A stretch of 64,000 nucleotides of DNA from an uncultured Chloroflexia bacterium. GTDB taxonomy: Bacteria; Chloroflexota; Dehalococcoidia; UBA2979. The stretch spans positions 1,472,001-1,536,000 of the forward strand of contig CAVSIV010000006.1 of assembly GCA_963728205.1 (NCBI GenBank), written 5' to 3'. Position numbers and translations under genes: made by a program. A model generated the notes under the pieces. It was not told where the DNA came from, searched no databases, and worked only from the letters and a program-made list of their open reading frames with translations. This document shows positions 36,039 to 45,236 of the stretch, in pieces (the stretch's first letter is position 1; each line of letters opens with the position of its first letter).

Positions 36039-36875
36039 CTACCGCTCGATCGGCACGTCGATCATCGAGCCGTACTCGGTCCACGAGCCGTCGTAGTTCT
36101 TCACGTCCGGCATCCCGAGGATGTGCTTCAGCACGAACCACGTGTGCGATGAGCGCTCTCCGATGCGGCAGTACGCGATCACCGGGCCGTCGGCGTTGAC
36201 GCCGGCGCCGCTGTAGAGCTGCTTCAGCTCGTCCGGCGACTTGAACGTGCCGTCCTCGTTCACCGCGCGCGCCCACGGGATGTTCTTCGCACCCGGCACG
36301 TGCCCGCCGCGCTGCGCCGTCTCCGACAGTCCCGGAGGCGCGAGGATCTTGCCCGTGAACTCGTCCGGGCTGCGCACGTCGACGAGCTGCTTGCCGCCCT
36401 CGGTCGCGGCCTTCACGACCTCGTCGCGCCGCGCGCGCAACGACAGGTTCGGCTCCTTCGCCGTGTACTTCGTCGCGGCCGGGCTCGGCACGTCGCCCGT
36501 CGTCGCGCGGTTCTCGGCGAGCCACTTCACGCGACCGCCGTCCATCAGCGACACGTTCTGGTGGCCGTAGAGCTCGAGCAGCCACAGCGCGTACGCGGCG
36601 AACCAGTTGTTGTTGTCGCCGTACAGCACGACGTGCGTGTCGTTGCCGATGCCCGACTTGCCCAGCAGGGTCTCGAGGTCGCCCTTCGCGATGATGTCGC
36701 GGCGCTGCTGGTCCTGGAGCTGCGTCGTCCAGTTCCAGCTGACCGCGCCCTGGACGTGCCCCTGGCCGTAGGCCTCGGTGTCGACGTCGACCTCGACGAG
36801 GCGGACGTTCGGATCCTTCGCGTGCTCGGCGACCCACTCCGTGCTCACCAGCTTGTCGACCATGCGCTCCCCCAT
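36039..36875 (-). CDS. Tandem-rhodanese sulfurtransferase (CysA3/SseA-like)
   Basis: LVSTEWV, GHVQGAV, YCRIGERSSHTWF, NYDGSWTEYG. Confidence 0.93.
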   Translation of the reverse strand: MGERMVDKLVSTEWVAEHAKDPNVRLVEVDVDTEAYGQGHVQGAVSWNWTTQLQDQQRRDIIAKGDLETLLGKSGIGNDTHVVLYGDNNNWFAAYALWLLELYGHQNVSLMDGGRVKWLAENRATTGDVPSPAATKYTAKEPNLSLRARRDEVVKAATEGGKQLVDVRSPDEFTGKILAPPGLSETAQRGGHVPGAKNIPWARAVNEDGTFKSPDELKQLYSGAGVNADGPVIAYCRIGERSSHTWFVLKHILGMPDVKNYDGSWTEYGSMIDVPIER

Positions 36876-36941
36876 TCGCAGCCGTGACGCGGCACCGCCC
36901 CGCCGCCGGCGTGTTCGTTCGCTTCGCGGACATCAGAAATA

Positions 36942-36963
36942 GAGCAACCCGACTTGGTTGCTC
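36942..36963. promoter_or_regulatory. Perfect 8-6-8 palindrome, probable operator of the sulfurtransferase gene
   Basis: GAGCAACC-CGACTT-GGTTGCTC in an AT-richer intergenic stretch. Confidence 0.5.
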
Positions 36964-37014
36964 AACAATAGCCTACGAACGCCGTCAACCAGAGCCGCCG
37001 CCCGCGCTTCGCGA

Positions 37015-37917
37015 CTAGACCCCGCGCAGCGCGATCTCCAGCGCCGCGATGAACGCCACCTGCACGAGCGCGGCCGCGACCAGCAGCACGTAGCTTGCGA
37101 CGCGCTCCCAGGTGTGCGCCGCCACGCCGAGCACGAGGTTCACCGCCAGCATCAGCGTCGCCACGCGCGGCAGCTCGAGGATCGCGCTGCGCGAGACCAC
37201 CTCGACGAGCGGCAGCTGCTGGGTCGGCGGGAAGTGCACCTCGAGCGTCTGTGGCAGCCCCGCCCAGCGCAGCGCGACGGCCGCCCACATCGCCGCGCCG
37301 GCCGCCAGCGCGATGCCCGCCAGCGCCAGCGCCACGCGGTCGTTCCAGAACGATTGCAGCGACGCCGCGCTGCGCTCGACGTGGTGGGTGACCTCCGCCG
37401 TCGGCCCGAGGTCGAGCCGGATCTGGATGTGTCGCGCGAAGTCGGCCGGGTTCTCGACCGAGATCGCGTAGTTGCGCTCGGTCGTCATCACGTAGAGGAC
37501 TTGCTCGGCGGTCTGGTGCGTCGAGTAAAAGAGCACGTCGCCGATGCGCTGGATGTGCGCGCCGCCCACGTGGTAGCCGAGCCAGCTCACGCCGCGCACA
37601 TGCGGGACGCCGACCGCGGTGCCCGGCACGAGCCGCTCGATCGCCTGCAGGGGGATCACCTGCCGCGTCGCGCCCCAGGTGATCACGAGCCCGTTGCGGT
37701 CGAGCGCGTAGGCGAGCGTCGCCAGCGCGTAGGTCCAGTAGCCGAACAGCAGCGCGAGCCCCAGCGACGCGATGGCGCCGGCGTACGCGAGGATCGCGGC
37801 GATCTGGATGTCGGACGTGAGCCCGTAGTTGAAGAGGAGCACGGCGACGCCGGTGGCCCACAGCGTGAGCACGGACCCGACCAGCAGGCCGAGCGCGCGC
37901 GGCGGCTGGTAATACAC
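37015..37917 (-). CDS. Membrane protein with bacterial PH-like domain
   Basis: Two TMs, then YALDRNGLVITWG..IPLQAIE..YAISVENP, then three further TMs. Confidence 0.65.
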   Translation of the reverse strand: MYYQPPRALGLLVGSVLTLWATGVAVLLFNYGLTSDIQIAAILAYAGAIASLGLALLFGYWTYALATLAYALDRNGLVITWGATRQVIPLQAIERLVPGTAVGVPHVRGVSWLGYHVGGAHIQRIGDVLFYSTHQTAEQVLYVMTTERNYAISVENPADFARHIQIRLDLGPTAEVTHHVERSAASLQSFWNDRVALALAGIALAAGAAMWAAVALRWAGLPQTLEVHFPPTQQLPLVEVVSRSAILELPRVATLMLAVNLVLGVAAHTWERVASYVLLVAAALVQVAFIAALEIALRGV

Positions 37918-37941
37918 CGGCCGCTAACTCTGGCTCGCGCC

Positions 37942-38007
37942 GACCGCGCGCCGACGGAGGCCGTGCCCGGCGCCAGCCGACGCGGCCGGAGGAGGATCAG
38001 AGCGCGG
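37942..38007 (+). repeat. Structured repeat family A, single copy
   Basis: GACCGCGCGCCGACGGAG..GGAGGAGGATCAGAGCGCGG, same family as the 80-bp array. Confidence 0.75.
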
Positions 38008-38013
38008 CACAGT

Positions 38014-38958
38014 TCAGCGCGGCGCCGCGACCGGCGCCTTCCCGTAGGTCGGCATCAGCCACTGCGCGTACTGCGGCAGGCGGCCCGTGATCATCTGGAA
38101 GTACGTCGTCTGCAGCTGCTTGCTCACCGTGCCGGGCCGGCCCTCGCCGATCGGCACGCGGTCGACCTCGACCACCGGCGTCACGTGCGCCGCCGTGCCG
38201 GTCATGAAGATCTCGTCGGCGATGTAGAGCTCGGAGCGGTCAATCGAGCGGCGCTCCACCTCGAGGCCGAGCTCGCGCTGCGCGATCTCGAGCACCGTGT
38301 CGAGCGTGATGCCCTCGAGGATGTTGTCCTGCGGCGCCGGCGAGACCAGCCGGCCGTGCCGCATGATCACGATGTTCTCGCCGGACCCCTCGGACACGTG
38401 CCCGTCCTGGTTGAGCATGATCGCCTCGTCGAAGCCGTTGAGCTGCGCCTCGGTTTTCGCGAGCGCGCTGTTCACGTACGCCCCGTTCACCTTCGCGCGC
38501 GCCGGGATCGAGTTGTCGTCCACGCGCCGCCACGACGATGTCGCGCACCGCGCGCCCGCCTCGGGGTCGAGGTACGCACCGAACGGCGTGACGAAGAGCA
38601 GGAAGTCGTCGTCGAGGTTGTGCATGCGCACGCCCACGACCTCGGACGACTTGTAGACCATCGGCCGGATGTAGACGTCCTCGCGGTAGCCGTTGCGCTC
38701 CGCGAGCTCGCGCACGGTGTCGACGAGCTCGTCGTCGCTGTACTTCAGCGACAGTCGCAGGATCTTCGCGCTCTTGCGCAGGCGCTGGATGTGCTCGCGG
38801 ACCTTGAAGAGGTAGAGCTCCTCGGCGTCCTCGTTCCAGTTGCCGCGGATGCCCTCGAAGACGGCGGTCCCGTAGTTGAAGGCGTGGGTCATCACGCTGA
38901 TCTTGGCCTGCTCCAGCGGTACGAATTCGCCCTGGAAGAACGCGGTCGGCGTTGGCAT
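38014..38958 (-). CDS. ilvE: Branched-chain amino acid aminotransferase
   Basis: HAFNYGTAVFEGIR, AKVNGAY, SEGSGEN, ILEGIT, FMTGTAA. Confidence 0.95.
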   Translation of the reverse strand: MPTPTAFFQGEFVPLEQAKISVMTHAFNYGTAVFEGIRGNWNEDAEELYLFKVREHIQRLRKSAKILRLSLKYSDDELVDTVRELAERNGYREDVYIRPMVYKSSEVVGVRMHNLDDDFLLFVTPFGAYLDPEAGARCATSSWRRVDDNSIPARAKVNGAYVNSALAKTEAQLNGFDEAIMLNQDGHVSEGSGENIVIMRHGRLVSPAPQDNILEGITLDTVLEIAQRELGLEVERRSIDRSELYIADEIFMTGTAAHVTPVVEVDRVPIGEGRPGTVSKQLQTTYFQMITGRLPQYAQWLMPTYGKAPVAAPR

Positions 38959-39171
38959 GGCGGGACCCTCCACTTCGAGGGGAGCGGCGACGGGGCCCCC
39001 TCGGCGGAGGGGTGTGCCCGGGCCCGGGTGGGGAATGGCGGAATCATAGGTTCGGGCTCGAACGGGCGGCAAGGCCAATCGGCGCGGCCGGCTCCGGGCC
39101 GCCCGTGGGCTGGCGCGTGCGGTGCGCCGGCGCGGTGGGAGTATTCTCGGCCGCGCTGAAGGGAGCCGGTG

Positions 39172-40017
39172 ATGGGGAAGCTGAGCGAGACGTTCGAGGT
39201 CGGTGACCTGCGCGTGGCGGCGCTGTCCGACGGCGCGCCCGAGCGGGCGCTCGGCGGCTTCTTCCACGGGGTCGACCAGGCCGAGTGGATGCGCGCGATC
39301 GGCGTGACCAACCCGGAGCAACGCCTGCCCTTCAACTTCGGGACGTTCCTCGTGCGCGGCGGCGGGCGCACCGTGCTCGTCGACTCCGGCCTCGGGCGCG
39401 TCGCGCGCACGATGGGCGTGCCCGGCGGCGGCGAGCTGCTCGAGCGCCTCGCCGAGCAGGGCGTCGCCCGCGAGGACGTCGACGACGTCGTGCACACGCA
39501 CCTCCACTTCGACCACTGCGGATGGGACGTCTCGGGCGACGACGGCCGCGAGCTGACGTTCCCCAGCGCGACCATCCACGTCGCGGGCGCCGAGCTCGAC
39601 TACTGGCTCGACCCCGCGCGCGACGGCGAGGACCGCGCGCAGCAGGCGCGCGCCGCGATCGTCCCGCCGCGCGACGCCGGTCGCGTGCAGACCTTCGACG
39701 GCGAGGTCGACCTGCTGCCGGGCGTGCGCACGATTCCGACGCCGGGCCATACGCCCGGCCACACCTCGGTGCTGCTGTCGTCGCAGGGCGCGCACCTGCT
39801 GATCCTCGGGGACGCCGCGCACCACCCTGTGCACCTCGAGCACCACGACTGGATCCCCGGTGTCGATCTCGATCCTGCGGAGTCGCAGCGGTCGCGCGCG
39901 AAGGTTGCGGCGCTGGCGGCCGACCGCGGCGCGGTGGTCACGGGCGGCCACTTCCCGATCCTCACGCTCGGCCGAGTGGAACGCAGCGAGGGCGGCTACC
40001 GCTGGCGCGCGGTGTGA
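39172..40017 (+). CDS. MBL-fold metallo-hydrolase
   Basis: HTHLHFDHCG, PGHTPGH, GDAAH. Confidence 0.9.
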   Translation: MGKLSETFEVGDLRVAALSDGAPERALGGFFHGVDQAEWMRAIGVTNPEQRLPFNFGTFLVRGGGRTVLVDSGLGRVARTMGVPGGGELLERLAEQGVAREDVDDVVHTHLHFDHCGWDVSGDDGRELTFPSATIHVAGAELDYWLDPARDGEDRAQQARAAIVPPRDAGRVQTFDGEVDLLPGVRTIPTPGHTPGHTSVLLSSQGAHLLILGDAAHHPVHLEHHDWIPGVDLDPAESQRSRAKVAALAADRGAVVTGGHFPILTLGRVERSEGGYRWRAV

Positions 40018-40520
40018 GCGAGACCGGCGCGCTCGCCACGCACGTGCGCCCTGCGAGGCGCGACGACATCCCCGCGATCATCGCCTTCGTGCGCGGGCTC
40101 GCCGCCTTCGAGCGCGAGCCGCCGGAGAGCGTGCGCCTGGCGCCCGCCGACCTCGAGCGCGACCTCTTCGGCGCGACGCCGCGCGCGGAGGTGTTGATCG
40201 CGGAGCAGGGCGGCGCGCCGGTCGGCTTCGCGCTGTTCTTTCACAACTACTCGACGTGGGAGGGGCGGCCCGGCCTGTACGTGGAGGACCTCTTCGTCGA
40301 CGCGGCCGCGCGCGGCACCGGCGCCGGCCGCGCGCTGATGGCGGCGCTGGCCCGCCTCGCGCGCGACCGCGGCTGCGCGCGGCTCGAGCTCGCGGTGCTC
40401 GACTGGAACCCGGCGCGCGCCTTCTACGCGCGGCTCGGCATGCGCTGGATGCGCGAGTGGCTGCCGTATCGCGTCGACGGCGCGGCCCTCGACGCGCTCG
40501 CAAACGAGGCCGCCCCGTGA
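40014..40520 (+). CDS. GNAT N-acetyltransferase (SSAT-like)
   Basis: GFALFFHNYSTWEGRPGLYVEDLFV..RGTGAG, VLDWN. Confidence 0.9.
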   Translation: MSETGALATHVRPARRDDIPAIIAFVRGLAAFEREPPESVRLAPADLERDLFGATPRAEVLIAEQGGAPVGFALFFHNYSTWEGRPGLYVEDLFVDAAARGTGAGRALMAALARLARDRGCARLELAVLDWNPARAFYARLGMRWMREWLPYRVDGAALDALANEAAP

Positions 40521-40993
40521 CCGCACCCGCGGGCGGACGCGTGGTGGCGCTCGTCGTGGCGACAGCGGCCGGCGCGCCGGCCGAGTCGCGCGAGGCCGTC
40601 GACCTGGTGGCCGGCGTCGGCGTCGCCGGCGACCGGTACGCCGAGTGCCGCGGCTACTGGAGCGACCCGCGCTGGCCGGACCAGGAGCTCACGCTCGTGG
40701 AGGCCGAGGTGGCCGACGCGCTCGGCATCGCGCCGGTGGCGCTGCGGCGCAACGTCGTCACGCGCGGCGTCGCGCTGGGCGCGCTCGTCGGCGCGCGCTT
40801 CCGGCTGGGCGATGCGCTGATCGAGGGCGTGCGCCCGTGCAATCCGTGCGCCTACATCGAGCAGCTCAACGCGCGACCGGGGCTGCTTGCGGCGCTCGCA
40901 GGGTGCGGCGGCCTGCGTGCGCGCATCGTGGAGGGCGGGCGCGTGACGGTGGGCGACCGTGTCGTGCGCGTGGGCGCGGCGTCGCCGGGCTAG
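40517..40993 (+). CDS. MOSC-domain protein
   Basis: GVAGDRY, LRRNVVTRG, PCNPC, GGLRARIVEGG. Confidence 0.85.
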   Translation: MTAPAGGRVVALVVATAAGAPAESREAVDLVAGVGVAGDRYAECRGYWSDPRWPDQELTLVEAEVADALGIAPVALRRNVVTRGVALGALVGARFRLGDALIEGVRPCNPCAYIEQLNARPGLLAALAGCGGLRARIVEGGRVTVGDRVVRVGAASPG

Positions 40994-41997
40994 TCGCTCT
41001 CCGCGGCCGGCTTGCGGCGGGGCGTCTCGCGTGGCGACGGCGTCGCGCTCCCCGGCCGCTCGAACCGCGACGGCGGCTCGGCGCCCGGACCCGCTGTCTC
41101 CACCGGCGGCGTCACGGGGTGCAGCCGGCGCTCGCGGTCGGCCGCCGTCTCGCCGCTCGGCAGCCCGATCGTCTGCGGCTCGGCGTGCGCGTGGAGGATG
41201 GCGTTGAGCTCCGCGCCGACGAGCATGATGAACGACGTAATGTACAGCCACATCATCAGCACGATGATCGTGCCGGCCGCGCCGTAGGTCGCCTGGTACG
41301 CGCCGAAGCGCGACACGTACACCGCGAACCCCGCCGTCGCGAGCACCCACGTGACCACGAACAGCAGCGAACCGACGACGACCCGCCGCATCGGGATGCG
41401 CACGTTCGGCGCGACGCGGTAGACGAACAGCATCGCGACGAAGAGCACCAGGAGCGTGACCGGGAACCGCGCATAGGCGACCGCCAGCCCCCACGCTCCG
41501 CCGAGCCCGAGCGAGCGCGCGAGGTGGTCGCCGGCAAACTGCCCGACGACGAGCAGCGCGAACCCGGCCACGAACGCCGCCCCGGCGAGCAACGTGAGGC
41601 CGATGCCCAGCGCCTGCTTGCGCACGAAGGGCCGTCCTTCGTCGACGTCGTACGCGCGGTTCATCGCCTTGATCGTCGACTTCACCCCGCTCGACGACGC
41701 CCACAGCGCCGCGATCGCGCCGAACGAGAGCAGGCCCGGGTGCGCCGACCCCAGCACGCTCTCGAGCTGCGAACGCAGGAAGCCCGCGGCGCTCGGCGGG
41801 ATCGACGTCGCGACGCGGCTCATCACCTCCTGCGTCGGGTTCTGCACATGCAGCCAGCTCGCCGCGAACCCGCCGAGCGCGGCGAGGAAGATGAAGAAGG
41901 GAAACAGCGCGAAGAGGAAGCGGTACGCGAGTTCCGCGGCGAGCCCGGGCACGTCGTCGTCCTGGATTTCGTGGAGCAGCTCGCGAAGGATGTCCAT
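40990..41997 (-). CDS. YihY/BrkB-family membrane protein
   Basis: GLAAELAYRFLFALFP, AMNRAY, YQATYG..MWLY..GAELN. Confidence 0.9.
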   Translation of the reverse strand: MDILRELLHEIQDDDVPGLAAELAYRFLFALFPFFIFLAALGGFAASWLHVQNPTQEVMSRVATSIPPSAAGFLRSQLESVLGSAHPGLLSFGAIAALWASSSGVKSTIKAMNRAYDVDEGRPFVRKQALGIGLTLLAGAAFVAGFALLVVGQFAGDHLARSLGLGGAWGLAVAYARFPVTLLVLFVAMLFVYRVAPNVRIPMRRVVVGSLLFVVTWVLATAGFAVYVSRFGAYQATYGAAGTIIVLMMWLYITSFIMLVGAELNAILHAHAEPQTIGLPSGETAADRERRLHPVTPPVETAGPGAEPPSRFERPGSATPSPRETPRRKPAAESD

Positions 41998-42137
41998 GGG
42001 ACCTCCTCCGACCACGTTACCCGATGCGTGCTCGCACTCCCGCGCAGAGACATGCGCCGGACGTTGCGAGTGCATTGCCGCCGGCTCCGGCCGCGCCGCC
42101 CGTCGATGCAGGGCAGCGCGGGCGGGCGGGCGGGGCC

Positions 42138-42953
42138 TCACACCTTGCGGTAGCGGTTCACCGCGATCGGCGCCGCGACCAGCGTGATCGCCGCGATCCA
42201 GAGCAGCGCCAGCCACACGGAGTCGCCGACGGGCGTGCCCAGCGAGAGCGCGCGTACGGCGTCCACCGTGTGCGACACCGGGTTCGCCTCCGCGATCGCG
42301 CGCAGCCAGGCGGGCATCGTCTGCACCGGGACGAACGCCGACGACACGAACACGAACGGGAAGACCCAGAAGAAGCCGGCGGTCTGCACCGTCTCGACGT
42401 CGCGCACGCTCACGCCGATGGCGGCGGAGATCCAGGAGAACGGCACGCCGAAGAGGACGGCCATCACGACGACGAAGAACGCGTCGACCGGCCCGCCGTG
42501 GAAGCGGAACCCGATCAGATACCCGACCGCGATCATCAGCAGCACGACGAACACGTTGCGGATCGTGTCCGCGATGATGCGACCGGACACCACCGCCGGG
42601 CGCGCCATCGGCAGCGAGCGGTAGCGGTCGATCATGCCGGCCGAGAGATCCTCGGCGAGCCCGAGGCCCGTGGCCATCGACCCGAACAGCACCGTCTGCA
42701 CGAAGATGCCCGGCAGCAGGAAGTCGGTGTAGTTGCCGGTCGCGCCGCTCACGGCGCCGCCGAAGACGTAGTTGAAGAGCACGACGAACATCACCGGCTG
42801 CACCGTCGAGAAGAACAGCAGCTCCGGCAGGCGCACGTAGCGGAGCAGGTTGCGTCGGGCCATCGTCAGCGAGTCGGTGACGACCCACCGCATGCGCGTC
42901 GCCCGCGAGGGGCGGATCGGCGCCGCCGACATCGTCCCGGTCAGCGCCGTCAT
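42138..42953 (-). CDS. ABC-2 permease (DrrB-like)
   Basis: QPVMFVVLFNYVFGG, DRYRSLPM, SSAFVP..MPAWL..NPVS. Confidence 0.92.
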   Translation of the reverse strand: MTALTGTMSAAPIRPSRATRMRWVVTDSLTMARRNLLRYVRLPELLFFSTVQPVMFVVLFNYVFGGAVSGATGNYTDFLLPGIFVQTVLFGSMATGLGLAEDLSAGMIDRYRSLPMARPAVVSGRIIADTIRNVFVVLLMIAVGYLIGFRFHGGPVDAFFVVVMAVLFGVPFSWISAAIGVSVRDVETVQTAGFFWVFPFVFVSSAFVPVQTMPAWLRAIAEANPVSHTVDAVRALSLGTPVGDSVWLALLWIAAITLVAAPIAVNRYRKV

Positions 42954-44035
42954 CGCCCGCCCCTTCCGCGTCGCCGGCCGCGCGCAGCCGGCGCCTCGTT
43001 GTCCGCGTTGCCGTCGCCGGCGCTCGCGACGCCGGCGGCCCCGGGGTCCTCGGCGCGGTGACCCGTGAGCGCGAGGAACACGTCGTCGAGGGTCGGGTGG
43101 CGCAGGCCGATGTCGGTGAGCTCCACGCCGGCGGCGTCGAGCTCACGCACGGCCTGCGCAAGCACCATCGTGCCGCCGGCGACCGCGACCGACAGGCGGC
43201 GGTCGTCGCCGTTCACCTGAGGCTCGTCGTCGCCGAGGCGAGCGAGCACGTCGCGCGCGGCGGGCACCTGCTCCGGCTGGGCGACCTGCAGCGTGAGCAC
43301 GGCGCTCGCGCTGCGCGCCTTCAGCTCGTCGGACGTGCCCTCGGCGATCACGCGGCCGCGGTCGATCACGGTGATGCGGTCGGCAAGCTCGTCCGCCTCC
43401 TCGAGGTACTGCGTCGTGAGCAGCACGGTCGTGCCCTCGTCGACGAGCCCGCGGATCACCTCCCACATCTGGATACGGCTGCGCGGGTCGAGGCCGGAGG
43501 TGGGCTCGTCGAGGAACAGCACCGGCGGGTGCGCGATCAGGCTGGCCGCGAGGTCGAGCCGTCGCCGCATCCCGCCGGAGTAGTTGCGCGCCATGCGGTC
43601 GGCGGCATCGACGAGGTCGAACCGCTCGAGCAGCTCGCTCGCGCGGCGCCGCGACTCGTCGCGCGGCAGGTGGTAGAGGCGCGCGACCATCTCCAGGTTC
43701 TCGCGGCCGGTGAGGTACTCGTCGATCGCGGCGCTCTGGCCGGCGAGGCCGATCACCGAGCGCAGGGCCTCGGCGTCGCGCACGACGTCGAGCCCGGCGA
43801 CGGTGGCGCTCCCGCCATCGGGACGTAGCAGCGTGGTGAGGATGCGCACGAGCGTGGTCTTGCCGGCGCCGTTCGGGCCGAGCAGCCCGAGTACGCTCCC
43901 GTGCTCGACCTCCAGGTCGACCCCGGCGAGCGCCTCGACGTCGCCGAAATGCTTGCGCACGTCCGCGACGCGGATGGCGGGGCCCGCGGGGTCGCGGCCG
44001 CCGGCGCCACGGTTGATGTGTGCCGTCGATGTCAC
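42950..44035 (-). CDS. ABC ATP-binding protein (DrrA-like)
   Basis: GPNGAGKT, YSGGMRRRLD, LDEPT, LTTQYLEEAD; GAAAGG RBS. Confidence 0.93.
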   Translation of the reverse strand: MTSTAHINRGAGGRDPAGPAIRVADVRKHFGDVEALAGVDLEVEHGSVLGLLGPNGAGKTTLVRILTTLLRPDGGSATVAGLDVVRDAEALRSVIGLAGQSAAIDEYLTGRENLEMVARLYHLPRDESRRRASELLERFDLVDAADRMARNYSGGMRRRLDLAASLIAHPPVLFLDEPTSGLDPRSRIQMWEVIRGLVDEGTTVLLTTQYLEEADELADRITVIDRGRVIAEGTSDELKARSASAVLTLQVAQPEQVPAARDVLARLGDDEPQVNGDDRRLSVAVAGGTMVLAQAVRELDAAGVELTDIGLRHPTLDDVFLALTGHRAEDPGAAGVASAGDGNADNEAPAARGRRRGRGGR

Positions 44036-44136
44036 TCGGTTCGCCTTTCTCGGTCGGAGCCGGGCGGGGCTGTGCAGCCGTGAGCCCGACCGATCCATGG
44101 TCGGGCTCACGGCCAGCCCCCGCCACCGCGCCGGGA

Positions 44137-44292
44137 CTAGACGAGGCGCCGAGCGCCGCGCTCCGCCTCGTACAGCGGCAGGCACGCCGCCGCGAGGTCG
44201 CGGCACGACTCCGCGCGGGTCGGCTGGCCGCAGCGCACGAGGCGAGCGCGGTACAGGACGCGCTCGTGGAAGCGATTGATGCTGGGTTCCAT
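44137..44292 (-). CDS. Small protein 2 (51 aa) MEPSINRFHERVLYRARLVRCGQPTRAESCRDLAAACLPLYEAERGARRLV
   Basis: GGAGGA RBS; paralogous to the upstream small ORF. Confidence 0.65.
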   Translation of the reverse strand: MEPSINRFHERVLYRARLVRCGQPTRAESCRDLAAACLPLYEAERGARRLV

Positions 44293-44387
44293 GGGGTTCC
44301 TCCCGGGTGATCGTCGCCGATCGCCCCTCACTGTCGCGTCGCCGATCCGGCGGGCGTCCGCCCGCGCGATCGGTCCCGCTCGAACGG

Positions 44388-44537
44388 CTAGGCCAGGCGC
44401 CCGCGAAAGCGCGACGCGCCCGCGATCTGCGCGTGTCGTGCCTCCACGTCACGGCGGCTCTCATCGCGCGATGGGAGGCCGGCGCGGTTCCGGCCGAGCT
44501 TCAGAACGCTGTTGTGGAAGCGATCGACGTCGAACAT
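44388..44537 (-). CDS. Small protein 1 (49 aa) MFDVDRFHNSVLKLGRNRAGLPSRDESRRDVEARHAQIAGASRFRGRLA
   Basis: GGAG RBS; first ORF after a near-consensus promoter; shares RFHxxVL and GxP[ST]RxESxRD with small protein 2. Confidence 0.65.
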   Translation of the reverse strand: MFDVDRFHNSVLKLGRNRAGLPSRDESRRDVEARHAQIAGASRFRGRLA

Positions 44538-44582
44538 CTGGGGCTCCGCTCGCGCCTCTCGGTGCGCTGATGTTGTCCTGAC

Positions 44583-44617
44583 GACGTCACTATGACGTCA
44601 TAATGGCGTCTTGTCAA
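44583..44617 (-). promoter_or_regulatory. Sigma-70 promoter overlapped by three GACG(T/C)C(A/G) operator repeats
   Basis: TTGACA(44617-44612)-N17-CATAGT(44594-44589); GACGCCA/GACGTCA/GACGTCG at 11-bp spacing. Confidence 0.75.
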
Positions 44618-44782
44618 CTGCGGTGGAGGGGGCCGGTTCGCGCGGGCGGTTGGGGGCGCGCGCGGCGGCTCAGCCCGCTGACGCGTGGCCGTTCGCCGCG
44701 GGCGGCCCTCGCCGCGGGCGGTCGTCCGCCCAGCGCTCCCGTGGCACACTGGCCGGCGTTCCCGCAGCGAGAGGGGTGATGC

Positions 44783-45220
44783 ATGTCCATGACGCCGGAG
44801 CAGCTCGACGCGTTCCTCGCGCAACCGCTCGTGGCCGCCATCGCGACCGTCGACGACGACGGCCGCCCGCGCCAGGCGCCCGTCTGGTACCACTGGGCCG
44901 ACGGCGCGGCGTACGTCTTCACCGGTCGCGGCACCCTGAAGTGGCGCAACCTCGAGCGGCGCCCCGTCGCCTCGCTGTGCGTCGACCGCCGCGAGCCGCC
45001 CTACGCCGCGGCCATCCTCACCGGCCGCGTCGAGCCGAGCGATCGCCCGCTTTACGACCTCGTGCGCACGATGGCCGTCGCCTACTACGGTGAGCGCCGC
45101 GGCGTCGAGTTCGCCGAGTCCTACCGCGACAACCCCGGCGCCGTCGCCTTCCGCATCGTCCCCGACGAGATCGCGTCGTGGGACTACCGCGATCGCGACG
45201 GGGAGGCCGGGGAGGCGTGA
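44783..45220 (+). CDS. PPOX-class (F420/FMN split-barrel) oxidoreductase
   Basis: IATVDDDGRPRQAPVWY, KWRNLERRPVASLCV. Confidence 0.85.
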   Translation: MSMTPEQLDAFLAQPLVAAIATVDDDGRPRQAPVWYHWADGAAYVFTGRGTLKWRNLERRPVASLCVDRREPPYAAAILTGRVEPSDRPLYDLVRTMAVAYYGERRGVEFAESYRDNPGAVAFRIVPDEIASWDYRDRDGEAGEA

Positions 45221-45236
45221 GCCGGGGGAGGTCCGC

